Shown here piece after piece: positions 34,767 through 44,911 of a DNA stretch of 57,749 nt (the first letter of the stretch is position 1; every line of letters starts with the position of its first letter). A program made the translations under genes and the position numbers. Below the pieces are notes generated by a model. That model was not told the origin of the DNA. It saw only the letters and a program-made list of their open reading frames with translations, and searched no databases. The DNA is taken from positions 1 through 57,749 of the IMG/VR virus record IMGVR_UViG_3300030037_000004; one strand, given 5' to 3'. The DNA comes from a virus. Taxonomy: Duplodnaviria > Caudoviricetes.

Positions 34767-35876
34767 TTACGCGTTACGCGCTATTGCTTTCTGACGGGCT
34801 TCGTCAACTTTGCTGATTACAGGCTTTGCATCTTCAACAGTTGTCTTTAAGTGCTTCTTAAGCTCTCGACCCATCGGGGTATCCTTATCCGCATCTTCAA
34901 CACAGATCTTGTAACGCATACCAACATACGCTTCATCTTCTGCATCAAACTTTAGATCAGGCATTAGTTCGCTGATAACCTCAGCCTTGATAGCTGTAAG
35001 GCTCTTGTCTTCAAAGCCAGTCAAACCAACAAGGAAGCGTGCTTCATCAAGTACTTGACAGCGCTCGACAACACTTTCCTTACTAGCTGCAACTGCCTTG
35101 GCAACTTCAGCGTCTTTGGCATCAACAATAGCCTGGTGCTCAGATACAGCAGTGTTTAACTTCTCTACCTCAACTAAGGACTTATCGTGTACTGCCTTGA
35201 ATGTAACCAGCTCTTCGCGTGCATCTGACATGTGTTTAGCCATGACTAGAACCGCGTCCAACTCTTTATCTTCAACAGCAACATGTTTGGCTTTATCTTC
35301 GTCACCCATCTCATCAATAACAATTAATGCTTCATCAGAGATACGGCAGCTTGATCCAGCTCGGCCATGCTTAACAATTGCGATGTGGTTAGCTCGAATG
35401 TTTACTTGCTCGAACCGTCCATCTTCGACTTTAATGTCACAGGTGTATCCCGCAGACAATTCAACAACGCCTTCTTCTACTTCATCAAGCGCTTTCTGGT
35501 TAGACAATACCAAGACACCAGATAGAGTATCTTCTACACGGTGAGGTCGTCCTTCCAACATACCTACTTGTAACGCACCAGCATTGTCTACTGTGACAGC
35601 CATAGGCTTGCCTTCAGCAGTCTTAGGGTGTCCAATAGTTACAGGTACAGAGCGGAAACTATCCATAGATGCATCATCAAACACTTGGCTTTCGCTGCGG
35701 TGTACTGTAATGATCTTGGTAGGTTCTTCATCAACAAGGCCAAGCTGGGCAGCGGTGTACATCTGCTCGCCAGTTCTTGCAAAGGCACAAGGTACAATCA
35801 TCTGACCATTGTCAGTTACTATGCGCTTAGTCGGGACTGAGATTCTGTCCTCGAAATGAATGTTACTTAGGAGCAT
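34767..35876 (-). CDS. Prohead protease/scaffold (DUF2213-like)
   Basis: ARTG.Q.Y, PVTIGHP, ELSAGY, NHIAIV..GRAG; coiled-coil C-terminus. Confidence 0.9.
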   Translation of the reverse strand: MLLSNIHFEDRISVPTKRIVTDNGQMIVPCAFARTGEQMYTAAQLGLVDEEPTKIITVHRSESQVFDDASMDSFRSVPVTIGHPKTAEGKPMAVTVDNAGALQVGMLEGRPHRVEDTLSGVLVLSNQKALDEVEEGVVELSAGYTCDIKVEDGRFEQVNIRANHIAIVKHGRAGSSCRISDEALIVIDEMGDEDKAKHVAVEDKELDAVLVMAKHMSDAREELVTFKAVHDKSLVEVEKLNTAVSEHQAIVDAKDAEVAKAVAASKESVVERCQVLDEARFLVGLTGFEDKSLTAIKAEVISELMPDLKFDAEDEAYVGMRYKICVEDADKDTPMGRELKKHLKTTVEDAKPVISKVDEARQKAIARNA

Positions 35877-37179
35877 TGCTGCCTCCGATTGGTTTAGGTG
35901 GGTTAGGGTTGTCGCCTACCTTGGCTGTATCCTTAAAGATGTTAGCATCCTTTAGTTCTTCCAAGATAGATTCACGAGAGACTATGCCACTGTCTGCCCA
36001 GTTCTTGTGTGCCTCTGAAAGGTTTACAAGACGCTCGGCTTTCTGTGCGGCTGACTCAGGGAATATACAACTCCACTTATATTTGAACTCGTCTTCTCCG
36101 ATACCGAAGTGTGCAGCCATAAGCTGGTCAACAATGTCAACACGAGGATTGTATATACTCTTCTGAAGACCTACTAGCATCTCAATATAGTTAACTAGGT
36201 CAGACTCGCCCGTTGCATTCATGCCGTCAGGAGAAGCTGATAAGAATCTAGTAGCAGGTATCCCTACACTGGCTGCAACTATCTTGAGGTATTCCCAGAT
36301 TAAGTCCTTGACTCCTGAAAGCTGGACTGTCTTCTTTTCATAGATCTCATTCTGATCCAGTATACTCACGCCGAAGGTTGACTTGATGCTATTCCACTCT
36401 AAGAAGCGGTTAAGCATTGCAGACGTACCCTCTTGATCGGTTAGTATGTTCTGGAGTCCTTTGATACTTATGACATCAACGTTAGCTTCTTGCACCATTT
36501 GAGCGGCAGCATGAGAGGCTGTATGGAAGTTGTCAATCTGTTGGGTCAAAGGAATGAGTACAGAGTCAGAGTACCAGAGGTTTCTTTGCCGTTCATAGAT
36601 AGGAAGCTCTGTACCTTCGAAGCGGATCAACCGACTCTTATGTACTGGGCTGTTCGTATTTACAAACTGGTAAAGGTCTGGCATTCCAAAGGTAGGGGAC
36701 ATAGGTGTTTGATCTATGTCTCCTGTGGCAACTATACGAGTTCTATCTACCACTGTCATGGATCTAAGGCAACCAGGCTTGAGACGTTTCCAGTTAATTG
36801 GTTTGTCTAAAGCTCGCCCATCAGCGACATCTAGTACGATGAAGCTAGTCCCATACAGCCTTGCCCACTTGTAAGCCTCCCTGAAAAGGTTAGCAACATT
36901 GAAGTGCACGTCAGCCTCAGTGGCTAATGGTGAATCAAACTCGCGCCACTCTCTTGTCATGTCTTGAGGCACGATAGTACAGATCTTCTGGCTCAACCAA
37001 TCTTCACGGAAGCGAGCTGATAGAGTAGGGTGATCTGCATTACGGCCTGAGTGTGACCAGACATTATGAGAGGACTTATCCTTAGCACCACCAAGACCTG
37101 TTGCCAGGTTAGACAGCCCATCGAACAAGGATGCAGTTTTCACTTCTCCCCTTATGACTGTTTCTGTTTCTGAGGGCAT
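35863..37179 (-). CDS. Portal protein (DUF1073-like)
   Basis: DGL.N..TGLG, PQDMTREW, WARLYG, VH.SRLIRF.G, IPATR....P.GMNATGESD. Confidence 0.92.
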   Translation of the reverse strand: MPSETETVIRGEVKTASLFDGLSNLATGLGGAKDKSSHNVWSHSGRNADHPTLSARFREDWLSQKICTIVPQDMTREWREFDSPLATEADVHFNVANLFREAYKWARLYGTSFIVLDVADGRALDKPINWKRLKPGCLRSMTVVDRTRIVATGDIDQTPMSPTFGMPDLYQFVNTNSPVHKSRLIRFEGTELPIYERQRNLWYSDSVLIPLTQQIDNFHTASHAAAQMVQEANVDVISIKGLQNILTDQEGTSAMLNRFLEWNSIKSTFGVSILDQNEIYEKKTVQLSGVKDLIWEYLKIVAASVGIPATRFLSASPDGMNATGESDLVNYIEMLVGLQKSIYNPRVDIVDQLMAAHFGIGEDEFKYKWSCIFPESAAQKAERLVNLSEAHKNWADSGIVSRESILEELKDANIFKDTAKVGDNPNPPKPIGGSNAPK

Positions 37180-37253
37180 AGTGCCTCCTTAGTTATGAGA
37201 CTTCTGCCATATTTAGTGGCTCGTCCTGTTTAGGTTTCATCTTAAATACTATG

Positions 37254-39245
37254 TTATGGAACGTCGTTAACTATATTTGAAGCTGTCATGTTAAACATAG
37301 TCAGGTCTAAGCTACCTATATTGTCTTGTATAGTTGGGTAGGTGTCGCCATCTCCCATCCTCCAGTAGTTTACCGGAGGAGATGCCAACAGTTCTAAGTC
37401 ATGAGTTGATCCAGAGTTGTATATAGATGCAACATTAGAACCCTCGTCACCACTCCACAAGGCCAGCTCACTTATGTAGCAATCCCTTAGATGGTTGCCT
37501 CCACTAGCATCCTCACCAACTAAGAATAACTCATCGGGTATTTCACCAGAGAATCCATAGTTGCTCTCGGAGCCAGACAGTGTTTGTGCAACCCCATCCA
37601 CCCATATACCGAACCTACTATAGTATGCAGCTACAGACCCTGAAGAAGAGCCGGTCGTTCCTCCATCATAGGTAACTGTTATGTGTCTCCAAACCTCTTC
37701 TAGTAAGCTGGCGTCAGGAGTACTAAGTTCCAATAAGTTATTATCAGACCCATACAAGAGTGTTAACTTTTCATCGTTATTACTATTGTCCCACCTTAGC
37801 GTTACCCTACCTTCGTTACTACCATCGTTACCTCCAAAGGATACTATTGTCTGTCTAGAGTTACCATTAGTGCCACCCTTAAACCACAAAGATATAGTCC
37901 ACGCGTCACTTGCACCAGTCCCGTTTGCTGCACGGTATAGTGGGTTAGTAGTCAGAGCTTGTGCTGCTAGGTAGTCTCCACCTTCTGATAGTATAGACTT
38001 TGTATTGTTGTAGGGTGGGTTGCTGACAGTAATTACTAGTGTCTCTGCGTCTTGGCCATTTGAGTTTAATAGTACTATGGGTACGTTGTACACTCCTGGC
38101 GAGAGCAATGAGCCTCCCATTATATTCCAGTTGTTACCTGTTTTGGATACTACTCCTGCTGTTGCAGATAGATCCCATATAACCTCTGAGCCATAATCCC
38201 CAGTAACTGTGTAGTTGATGCTGTCACCAGCAGTTATACCTAAGGCTAAGCTAGACGTTATAACAGGTATGCTGCTAGTGGGTGTCCCTGTTTTTGAGAA
38301 CAAGCTATTTAACTCATTGATTGCTGTAGGCAGTACTTGGGTTACCTGACTACCACTAATAAAGGTAGTTGTAAGGTCTAGGGCATTGATGTAAGTCTTC
38401 AGTCCATCTTTTATATATACCCTTATACCACCGCTACCATTATCAACAGCTTTTAGTTCGTTGATGAAGAAAGGTTTTAGTGCCTCCGAGGTGTCTGGAT
38501 CTGTAAACAGTATGTGGTTGCCTGCAATATCCTCGCTAAAGTCCATACTAGTTAGTAGGTCATAGGGGGATATGTACTCTAGGTCTTTATCGGCAAAGGT
38601 TCTACCCTTAAGCTTGACATAGTGGTGTGTGTTGGGCACTGTACCAGGACGAACCTGTAACTTACTTCCGTCAGCCTTTGTAATCAAAGAGAAGACATCA
38701 GTTGGTGGATGTACCTCAAGTGGGTGTTCAAACCACCACTCAACTATGTCCCCAGCAACACCTACTGTTAACCTCTCTTGCTTGTATACCTCGTTACCCG
38801 TATCGTCAGTCCCGTAGTAGGCTCTGTAAGTAAGGGTTCCATTAACAGGTTCAGCCAACACCAATTCGATACCAAAGATAGATGCAGACTCTAGGGCAGA
38901 AGATGTAGTACCTGCATAGTCAACAGCACCAGCCGTGGCAGGCCCGTAGAACTCCACTTCTTGGTATGGGTTGTACACACGAGCAGAAGGGGCGATCACA
39001 CCAGTACTATCCCTATTGCCTACCACCTCGTGATCCCTAACGCCACCCCACATAGGGTACCAGTCAATATCCGAAGTCAGGTTAGTAAAGAATACGTTCT
39101 CGCCACCTGATGACATCTTATGCTGCTCCCCTAGGAAGAAGGAGTTCAACGTGGTTTGTACAGGCTTAGCTGCCTCTATCCTATCCGTCACTGGGTTGTA
39201 GTATAAGTGTGTTTCAAGGGGAATGTTTACGTCACTATAAGGCAT
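37254..39245 (-). CDS. Virion accessory protein with Ig-like and LamG/concanavalin-like domain (663 aa)
   Basis: WTISLWFK, WRHITVTYDG, IWVDG, ISELALW, YWRMGDG typical of LamG-type domains. Confidence 0.75.
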   Translation of the reverse strand: MPYSDVNIPLETHLYYNPVTDRIEAAKPVQTTLNSFFLGEQHKMSSGGENVFFTNLTSDIDWYPMWGGVRDHEVVGNRDSTGVIAPSARVYNPYQEVEFYGPATAGAVDYAGTTSSALESASIFGIELVLAEPVNGTLTYRAYYGTDDTGNEVYKQERLTVGVAGDIVEWWFEHPLEVHPPTDVFSLITKADGSKLQVRPGTVPNTHHYVKLKGRTFADKDLEYISPYDLLTSMDFSEDIAGNHILFTDPDTSEALKPFFINELKAVDNGSGGIRVYIKDGLKTYINALDLTTTFISGSQVTQVLPTAINELNSLFSKTGTPTSSIPVITSSLALGITAGDSINYTVTGDYGSEVIWDLSATAGVVSKTGNNWNIMGGSLLSPGVYNVPIVLLNSNGQDAETLVITVSNPPYNNTKSILSEGGDYLAAQALTTNPLYRAANGTGASDAWTISLWFKGGTNGNSRQTIVSFGGNDGSNEGRVTLRWDNSNNDEKLTLLYGSDNNLLELSTPDASLLEEVWRHITVTYDGGTTGSSSGSVAAYYSRFGIWVDGVAQTLSGSESNYGFSGEIPDELFLVGEDASGGNHLRDCYISELALWSGDEGSNVASIYNSGSTHDLELLASPPVNYWRMGDGDTYPTIQDNIGSLDLTMFNMTASNIVNDVP

Positions 39246-39247
39246 TG

Positions 39248-39739
39248 TTAACCCTCCACCACTATAACCACACCATCAGTTACTATATCAATAGTCCCTG
39301 TTGGTGCAATAAATGGCTCATAGAACCCTGGAACTGGTATTAAACCTGCGCCTCCACCTATAGCTAAAGTGGTTGTACCACTAATAGTTTTGATGAATAA
39401 GTAACTCCTGTCGGGGTTAGCAGCTAAGGTAGTGTTGCTTGTATACTCTGTACTTACTGCATCCACACCAGCTATTTGTGTGCTTAATGTACCTAAGGTA
39501 TCCACTAACTCTATAGTAAGTGTGCAGTTCTGATCAGGTACTGTAGTCCTAGCATACAACTTCCTACCAGGAACTACACTCGCTGGGAAGGGCTCGACCC
39601 TCCTTGTATCCAGACCGAAGGTACTCTCCACTGTCGGCGTTTGGTCTGCATAGCACAGGGACACCGAAGCCTTGTTGCTTTTCTGCACAAGGATGTTTCC
39701 ATCTGTAGCAATTACCTGCCACTGGTCTGTCAAAAGCAT
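39248..39739 (-). CDS. Hypothetical virion protein (163 aa)
   Basis: Beta-rich; ANPDR.YLFI pattern. Confidence 0.7.
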   Translation of the reverse strand: MLLTDQWQVIATDGNILVQKSNKASVSLCYADQTPTVESTFGLDTRRVEPFPASVVPGRKLYARTTVPDQNCTLTIELVDTLGTLSTQIAGVDAVSTEYTSNTTLAANPDRSYLFIKTISGTTTLAIGGGAGLIPVPGFYEPFIAPTGTIDIVTDGVVIVVEG

Positions 39740-39743
39740 TTTC

Positions 39744-40016
39744 TTAACCTTGCAGTATAAGTACTGCCGCTTCCAAGCTAGTTAGGCGAGCCTCTACAGA
39801 ATGTAGCGATACCTCCTTCCAACTTGCTATTATAAATAGGCCCACGACTGTATCTACTAAGGCTTTGTATTCCTTACCTTGGTAAGTTACTAGAGATCCT
39901 GCCAAGTAAACTATAGATCCATCGTAAGCTTCTGGCGCATCTGCACCACGTATTTCACTTGCATCTCCGACCGCTCCTTGAGGGCCAGGTACATCAATTT
40001 CAATTATGTCAGTCAT
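39744..40016 (-). CDS. Small fibre protein with CBM5/12-like module
   Basis: GPQG..GD, YLAGSLVTYQGKEYKA...W, C-terminal short coiled coil. Confidence 0.6.
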   Translation of the reverse strand: MTDIIEIDVPGPQGAVGDASEIRGADAPEAYDGSIVYLAGSLVTYQGKEYKALVDTVVGLFIIASWKEVSLHSVEARLTSLEAAVLILQG

Positions 40017-40342
40017 ACGAGTCCTTGCACTAGCTCTACCTTACCACTCATGAGTATTCTGTTAGGCCCACCAATACCCTCAGGGTGTATGATGATCTGA
40101 TACTTAAGGTTACGGCTAGCTAGTGATGTAGTCATTGAGGCAGGAAAGGCAAGCGTGAACTCACCAGACCTAGGAAACTCAATGACAGCGTTCTGGTTAA
40201 GAGCTGCGTTAGTACATACAAATTCTAGAACCATACCACCTAGATTAACGGGTGCGCCATCGGCTCGGTATCTAAAATTTACAGTCCTGTCACGGCCACG
40301 TCCTATACTAAAATCATAGGTGGGTATGTTTGTTCTAGACAA
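40013..40342 (-). CDS. Ig-like adaptor (BppU N-terminal-like)
   Basis: G.PVNL.G, G.F.L....T..L...YQI....L.G.V pattern. Confidence 0.55.
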   Translation of the reverse strand: MSRTNIPTYDFSIGRGRDRTVNFRYRADGAPVNLGGMVLEFVCTNAALNQNAVIEFPRSGEFTLAFPASMTTSLASRNLKYQIIIHPEGIGGPNRILMSGKVELVQGLV

Positions 40343-40634
40343 TAGAGTCTACCTCTAGATGGATAACTTCTTTAGTTGCTTGGGTAGTATTACCTTCTAC
40401 AGAGAAGATCGTTACAGGTATCTTGTATTGCCCTGTGTAGTCTAAGGACAGCTTTATGTAAGCCACGTTAAACTCGATCCGCTCATCCATAAGGGTAAGC
40501 CCATTTGGGATAGTCCAAACGACACCACTTAGGGTCTCTCCCTCTTTAGCAAGGAAGGACGCTAGGTTAATGCCGAAGTACTTTTCTGAACCTTGGTATG
40601 AACAAGGCCACTTATAAACAATCTCACAGCTCAT
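40335..40634 (-). CDS. Putative fibre adaptor protein (99 aa)
   Basis: FL..GETL..V.W....GLT pattern; beta-rich. Confidence 0.55.
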   Translation of the reverse strand: MSCEIVYKWPCSYQGSEKYFGINLASFLAKEGETLSGVVWTIPNGLTLMDERIEFNVAYIKLSLDYTGQYKIPVTIFSVEGNTTQATKEVIHLEVDSIV

Positions 40635-40637
40635 GTC

Positions 40638-40883
40638 TTACCTCGGGAATATATCAATTACATATGAGTCACGTTGTACTATAACCACATCCTCAGTAGT
40701 TACTACGTCAGCAATAAGTACTGGCACTATGGACTTACCAAAGACGTAAGCATCTCCGCGCTTGTTAGGGCCGAAGGTGTAACTGCCTTGGATAGGTGTG
40801 CCAGCACCAGGAGCGACGTAGAGGGAAGCACCAAATGTGAATCCCCCTGGTACTGAGTTAGGGCCAAAGGTGTAGTTGGCCAT
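40638..40883 (-). CDS. Small protein with duplicated YTFGPN-x5-[FY]xFG motif (81 aa)
   Basis: Internal two-fold repeat visible in the translation. Confidence 0.7.
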   Translation of the reverse strand: MANYTFGPNSVPGGFTFGASLYVAPGAGTPIQGSYTFGPNKRGDAYVFGKSIVPVLIADVVTTEDVVIVQRDSYVIDIFPR

Positions 40884-40886
40884 AGC

Positions 40887-43391
40887 TTAGGGTGCCTTTG
40901 CTGTCATTACATGAAGTTCTGTTATAGCACCGTCTGCACTAATGAATTCACAGAAGTACGGGGCACCCAAGGTTAGACCCAAGATAGCTACAGAGAACAA
41001 ACCGTTTGCATCAGTAGAGAACGTAGTCGGCACAGTTAGTTGAGTCCCACCAAAGGAACCTGACACTGTGATTCGTACGCCTGCTTTGTTTGCATAAGGT
41101 ACGCCAGTCACACCATCCACCAAAGTTTCAGATATAACAGGTGCGTTAGATGCAATCGTAACAGTCCAGCTAAACACGTTAGAAGAAGACGAACCATCAG
41201 CGTTAGTACCAGTAACAACTATGCCTGTGTTTACGCCAATAGCTTGGGTGGTGCCTACGAACTTGCCAGCAGCCGTTAAGGATATGCCAGCAGGTAAGGT
41301 CTCAGCAGTCACAGCATATGACGTTGGAAGCTTCTTAGGCTCTTCATCAGTAGACCAAGGCCCAGTGATGTCATAGTCAATAGCCGTACCTATCTCGTGT
41401 GTCTGGTCAGCAAGCGTACCACTGAACAAAGGAGGGAAGGTATCAACAACAGTCCAAGTAAACGCATTAGAGTCTGCAAAGCCATCAGCGTTAGTAGCCC
41501 GAATAACTATACCAGCACTAACTCCAACAGCCGTGGGCGTGCCAACTAAGTTGCCTGAGTTATCTAGAGTTACACCAGCAGGTAAAGTACTAGCCTGTAC
41601 AGCATAAGAAGTAGGTGCATTTGAGAAGAATGTAGATACACTCTCACCAGATAATGCAACCCCTATCTTCCCAGACTTAGCACCGATAGTACCAGCAAAC
41701 AAAGGAGGAGCCGCAGCCGCGCCAGTGTTGTTGATATTCAATGTACTTACTGGAGTCCACGCGTTAGCACTTGCATCCCATATCTTGTACGGTATAGAAA
41801 CACTTGCAGCAGGGACAACTTGTACACTACCGTCAGCGCCTATGGTAAGGCCAGTAGTTGTGGCAAAGGCAATACGATCGCCAACAGCTAAGGTAATACT
41901 ACCAATGGTTGTATCACTAGGTGTGTGCTCTTGTACTGTCTCGGTACCCGCCGTATCAGTAGGGATAGTTACATCCGTGAACTCAACAACAGACCAAGTA
42001 GCAGGCTTAGCAAGGGTTACTTGCGTACCAAAGGTTACGACACCAGCATCATCTTCAGCAGAGAATGTGTAAGGTCGATCCCAATCTAGTGCTATATGTA
42101 ACGGGATGGTTACTACAGGATCATCTGTAGACCAGTCAGTTACAGTAAGTGCTTGCCCACCAAGTAATATGTTCTGAGTGGTTGGGTTTACATCAAGGTC
42201 AGTACCATTAACTACTACCCCAACCTGTCCAGCTTCTACCGAGTTATCGCCGTCAACATCTACAATGATTGGGACAATAGCCGTGATCGTTATGTTGAAT
42301 GTATCAGACGCAGTAGGGCCAGCACCATCGGAAGCAGTAACAGTAATAGCTACAGCACCAGCAACACCTTCAGTACCCGCGCTTGTTAGGAAACCTGCGG
42401 AGGTCAGAGCCATGCCAGTTGGCATAGTACCACCAGTTACAGAGAAGGTTAATGTATCCCCTGCGTTAGGATCTGAGAAGTGTTGGCCAATGTCTATATT
42501 GATTACAGAGCCAGTGGCAAAAGATACATCAGGTACGGCAGAATCAAGCTGTGGGTTCTGGTCAACTACAGCCTGTATGAAAGCACCGGCAGTCGTACCT
42601 AGTAAGGCAGGAACCGATTCAGACTTTAGACGGTAGTCACGTGCAGCATAGTCCATGAAGTCGCCGGAAGTTACTCCAGCAGTTACAGCACCATAAGCAT
42701 TGAACGTGGCATCACTAGCAGCATTGTTGGCAGATCCAGTAGGAGCTGTGCCCGAGCTAAGTAGGAATGCAGGGTTAGTAGGCGAGTGCAGTACACAGCG
42801 GTTGAAGCTTGAAGCCCCAGTTGTTCGCAAGAATACACAAGCGTTTGCACTTGAAGTGCCACCAGCAGCATTGATGAACGAAGAACGCAGGCCAGTCATG
42901 CCAACCGCGCCTTGTAAATCTATCACCTTGTTAGCATTACCGTTTGCATCGCCAGGGTGCTGGACAGCTACAGAGTCAGTAAAGTTAACATTGGTCGAGT
43001 TGTTCGTCATGTTGAAGTAAGCATCTATGACTGAGGCTTCAAAGGTTAACTCGTTATAAGTATCGCCAGTTGTAGTGAAGTCAAAGTTGCGCACGTACAT
43101 GTTCAAGAACTTAACATTGTTCTCTCGGAAGTCTAAGTTGAACCCGCCAGCATCCAAGACAGCAATGCTAGGTAATGTTGCAGTACGAATATCACCGACG
43201 CATTCAGCACCAGGTGCAGCCGTTACCGTGATAGCAGCAGCCGAACCATATCTAAACTGGAAGTTACCAGTAAGGGTAGTCGTGCCCGCAGGCACCTGAA
43301 GGATTGCTCCCTCGGCGTCTACGGTATTTCTTTCTGCATCATGCCACGCCTGGATAGTAGCATAGTCAGTACCAAGTAAATGAGTAGCCAA
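40887..43391 (-). CDS. Large Ig-domain virion protein with N-terminal beta-helix-like region (834 aa)
   Basis: Three He_PIG/cadherin-like repeats (MPTGMALT, LPAGVTLD..G.L.GTPT, LPAGISLT); DYRLK..S closing motif; TTG start after AGGAG. Confidence 0.8.
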   Translation of the reverse strand: MATHLLGTDYATIQAWHDAERNTVDAEGAILQVPAGTTTLTGNFQFRYGSAAAITVTAAPGAECVGDIRTATLPSIAVLDAGGFNLDFRENNVKFLNMYVRNFDFTTTGDTYNELTFEASVIDAYFNMTNNSTNVNFTDSVAVQHPGDANGNANKVIDLQGAVGMTGLRSSFINAAGGTSSANACVFLRTTGASSFNRCVLHSPTNPAFLLSSGTAPTGSANNAASDATFNAYGAVTAGVTSGDFMDYAARDYRLKSESVPALLGTTAGAFIQAVVDQNPQLDSAVPDVSFATGSVINIDIGQHFSDPNAGDTLTFSVTGGTMPTGMALTSAGFLTSAGTEGVAGAVAITVTASDGAGPTASDTFNITITAIVPIIVDVDGDNSVEAGQVGVVVNGTDLDVNPTTQNILLGGQALTVTDWSTDDPVVTIPLHIALDWDRPYTFSAEDDAGVVTFGTQVTLAKPATWSVVEFTDVTIPTDTAGTETVQEHTPSDTTIGSITLAVGDRIAFATTTGLTIGADGSVQVVPAASVSIPYKIWDASANAWTPVSTLNINNTGAAAAPPLFAGTIGAKSGKIGVALSGESVSTFFSNAPTSYAVQASTLPAGVTLDNSGNLVGTPTAVGVSAGIVIRATNADGFADSNAFTWTVVDTFPPLFSGTLADQTHEIGTAIDYDITGPWSTDEEPKKLPTSYAVTAETLPAGISLTAAGKFVGTTQAIGVNTGIVVTGTNADGSSSSNVFSWTVTIASNAPVISETLVDGVTGVPYANKAGVRITVSGSFGGTQLTVPTTFSTDANGLFSVAILGLTLGAPYFCEFISADGAITELHVMTAKAP

Positions 43392-43395
43392 TTTC

Positions 43396-44715
43396 TTATG
43401 CTCCTAGTGTTGGGTAGCCAGCGGCTGTGATTGGTATACGGAACTCACGGAATGCCGTTGCTTCAGTGTTGCGCTTGACAGCCACGTAAACTACATCCTG
43501 TCCAACCAAAGGTATCTGGTCAGTCTGGTAATGTACCTTGTTGTGTCCGCCAGAGTTTACACCGACAACAGCATTCCAAGGATCTTGCTTCTTACTTGTA
43601 GGTGCTTCAGTACCATGAGCATCGAAGCCACCATTATCATAGAAGGAAGAGTACGCATACTTAACAGAATAGACTCCATCAGTCTTGCTTACTGTCTCGT
43701 TACGGCCCCACTGAACCCAAACTGTATTTTCATTGCCAGGGTCTTGGCGGATCGTATGCGCACAACCTTTAATGTTCTGGTAATCTACATCAGCATAAGG
43801 CTCAGTATAGAACTCAATGCCATCTACCCACCAAGTCGAAGGATAGTTGTCTACCCCGTACTTATCAGATATGTAGAAGTAAGTGATCATGTCGAAGTAG
43901 TTCTCAGCACGAGTATCGCCTGTGTAATCAGAGTAATCGTTGTTGCCGAAAGTGTTCTCCATTGGCCAGTACCAGTCACCTGGATCACCGTATGATTCTT
44001 TGTCAGAACGTTGAGCATCAGGCCACGCATCTACTTCTATGCAATGCCAGTTGTTAACATAGTCAAGGTTGTAGTAGTGGTATAGCTTGAAGTTATCAGT
44101 CTCTTTAGTACCAGTACCAGAGCCAGGACGACGTAGATAGATACCCATGTGATGGTTAGTTGCTCCATCAGGTTGCCCAGCGTTGTTTGCATAGACACCA
44201 CCTCCAGCAGCTTCACTCGCAGTTGTTGCAGCCACGACAGTGCTAGGTGGATTCCAGATCCAATAGCGCATCATGTTGTACGTCTTCTTCTGCCAAGTTG
44301 CGGCAGTCTCTTCACTTAACTGAGAGTACTTGCTTGCATTATCTTGGTTGTAGTAAGACAGAAACATGGAGCCAGCGTTACCAGGCGAGCCATTGCCACC
44401 GTTACGGATAGATCCAGTGTCACATATAATGCGCATGGACTTAGTACCGAACAAAGGCTTGTCACTTGTTATCTCGGCAGTACCATCACGTCGATCGCCC
44501 GAAGTGTCAGCATCCTTTTGGAAATACTTGCGTATGTCTCCCTCGGAACTGGTAGAGCGCTTGATAGGTATAACATCACCAGCATAGTTTTCGAAGCTGT
44601 CGAATGTGATGCTGTTTAGTTCTTGCGAAATCTCAGGAGCGTTACCGGCAGCATAGGCACCGTACATGCCATTACCTTGGTTCTTACTCTGAGCTATGTT
44701 CATTGTTATAGCCAT
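43396..44715 (-). CDS. Hypothetical beta-sandwich protein, possible carbohydrate-binding/lyase-like (~439 aa)
   Basis: Rich in W/Y/D/N/G; GTKSMRI, WHCIEV, WVDGIEF; start set at MAITM. Confidence 0.7.
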   Translation of the reverse strand: MAITMNIAQSKNQGNGMYGAYAAGNAPEISQELNSITFDSFENYAGDVIPIKRSTSSEGDIRKYFQKDADTSGDRRDGTAEITSDKPLFGTKSMRIICDTGSIRNGGNGSPGNAGSMFLSYYNQDNASKYSQLSEETAATWQKKTYNMMRYWIWNPPSTVVAATTASEAAGGGVYANNAGQPDGATNHHMGIYLRRPGSGTGTKETDNFKLYHYYNLDYVNNWHCIEVDAWPDAQRSDKESYGDPGDWYWPMENTFGNNDYSDYTGDTRAENYFDMITYFYISDKYGVDNYPSTWWVDGIEFYTEPYADVDYQNIKGCAHTIRQDPGNENTVWVQWGRNETVSKTDGVYSVKYAYSSFYDNGGFDAHGTEAPTSKKQDPWNAVVGVNSGGHNKVHYQTDQIPLVGQDVVYVAVKRNTEATAFREFRIPITAAGYPTLGA

Positions 44716-44716
44716 G

Positions 44717-44902
44717 TTATCCCTTGAGCGAGTTCCAGCCCGAAGGCTTTTCAATGTACAGGCCAGAGGCAGTATCAACATCTAATGTTACAGACGAACC
44801 GCTGACCAAAGTTATAGTAGCCAGGATACCACCTGACTCATCCTTAATATCGAATGACTTGTTCTTATCGGATCTTCCATCCAATCTAGTCTTGAGACTC
44901 AT
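44717..44902 (-). CDS. Hypothetical protein (61 aa)
   Basis: AGGAG RBS; fits exactly between neighbours. Confidence 0.7.
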   Translation of the reverse strand: MSLKTRLDGRSDKNKSFDIKDESGGILATITLVSGSSVTLDVDTASGLYIEKPSGWNSLKG

Positions 44903-44911
44903 TAGTAACTC

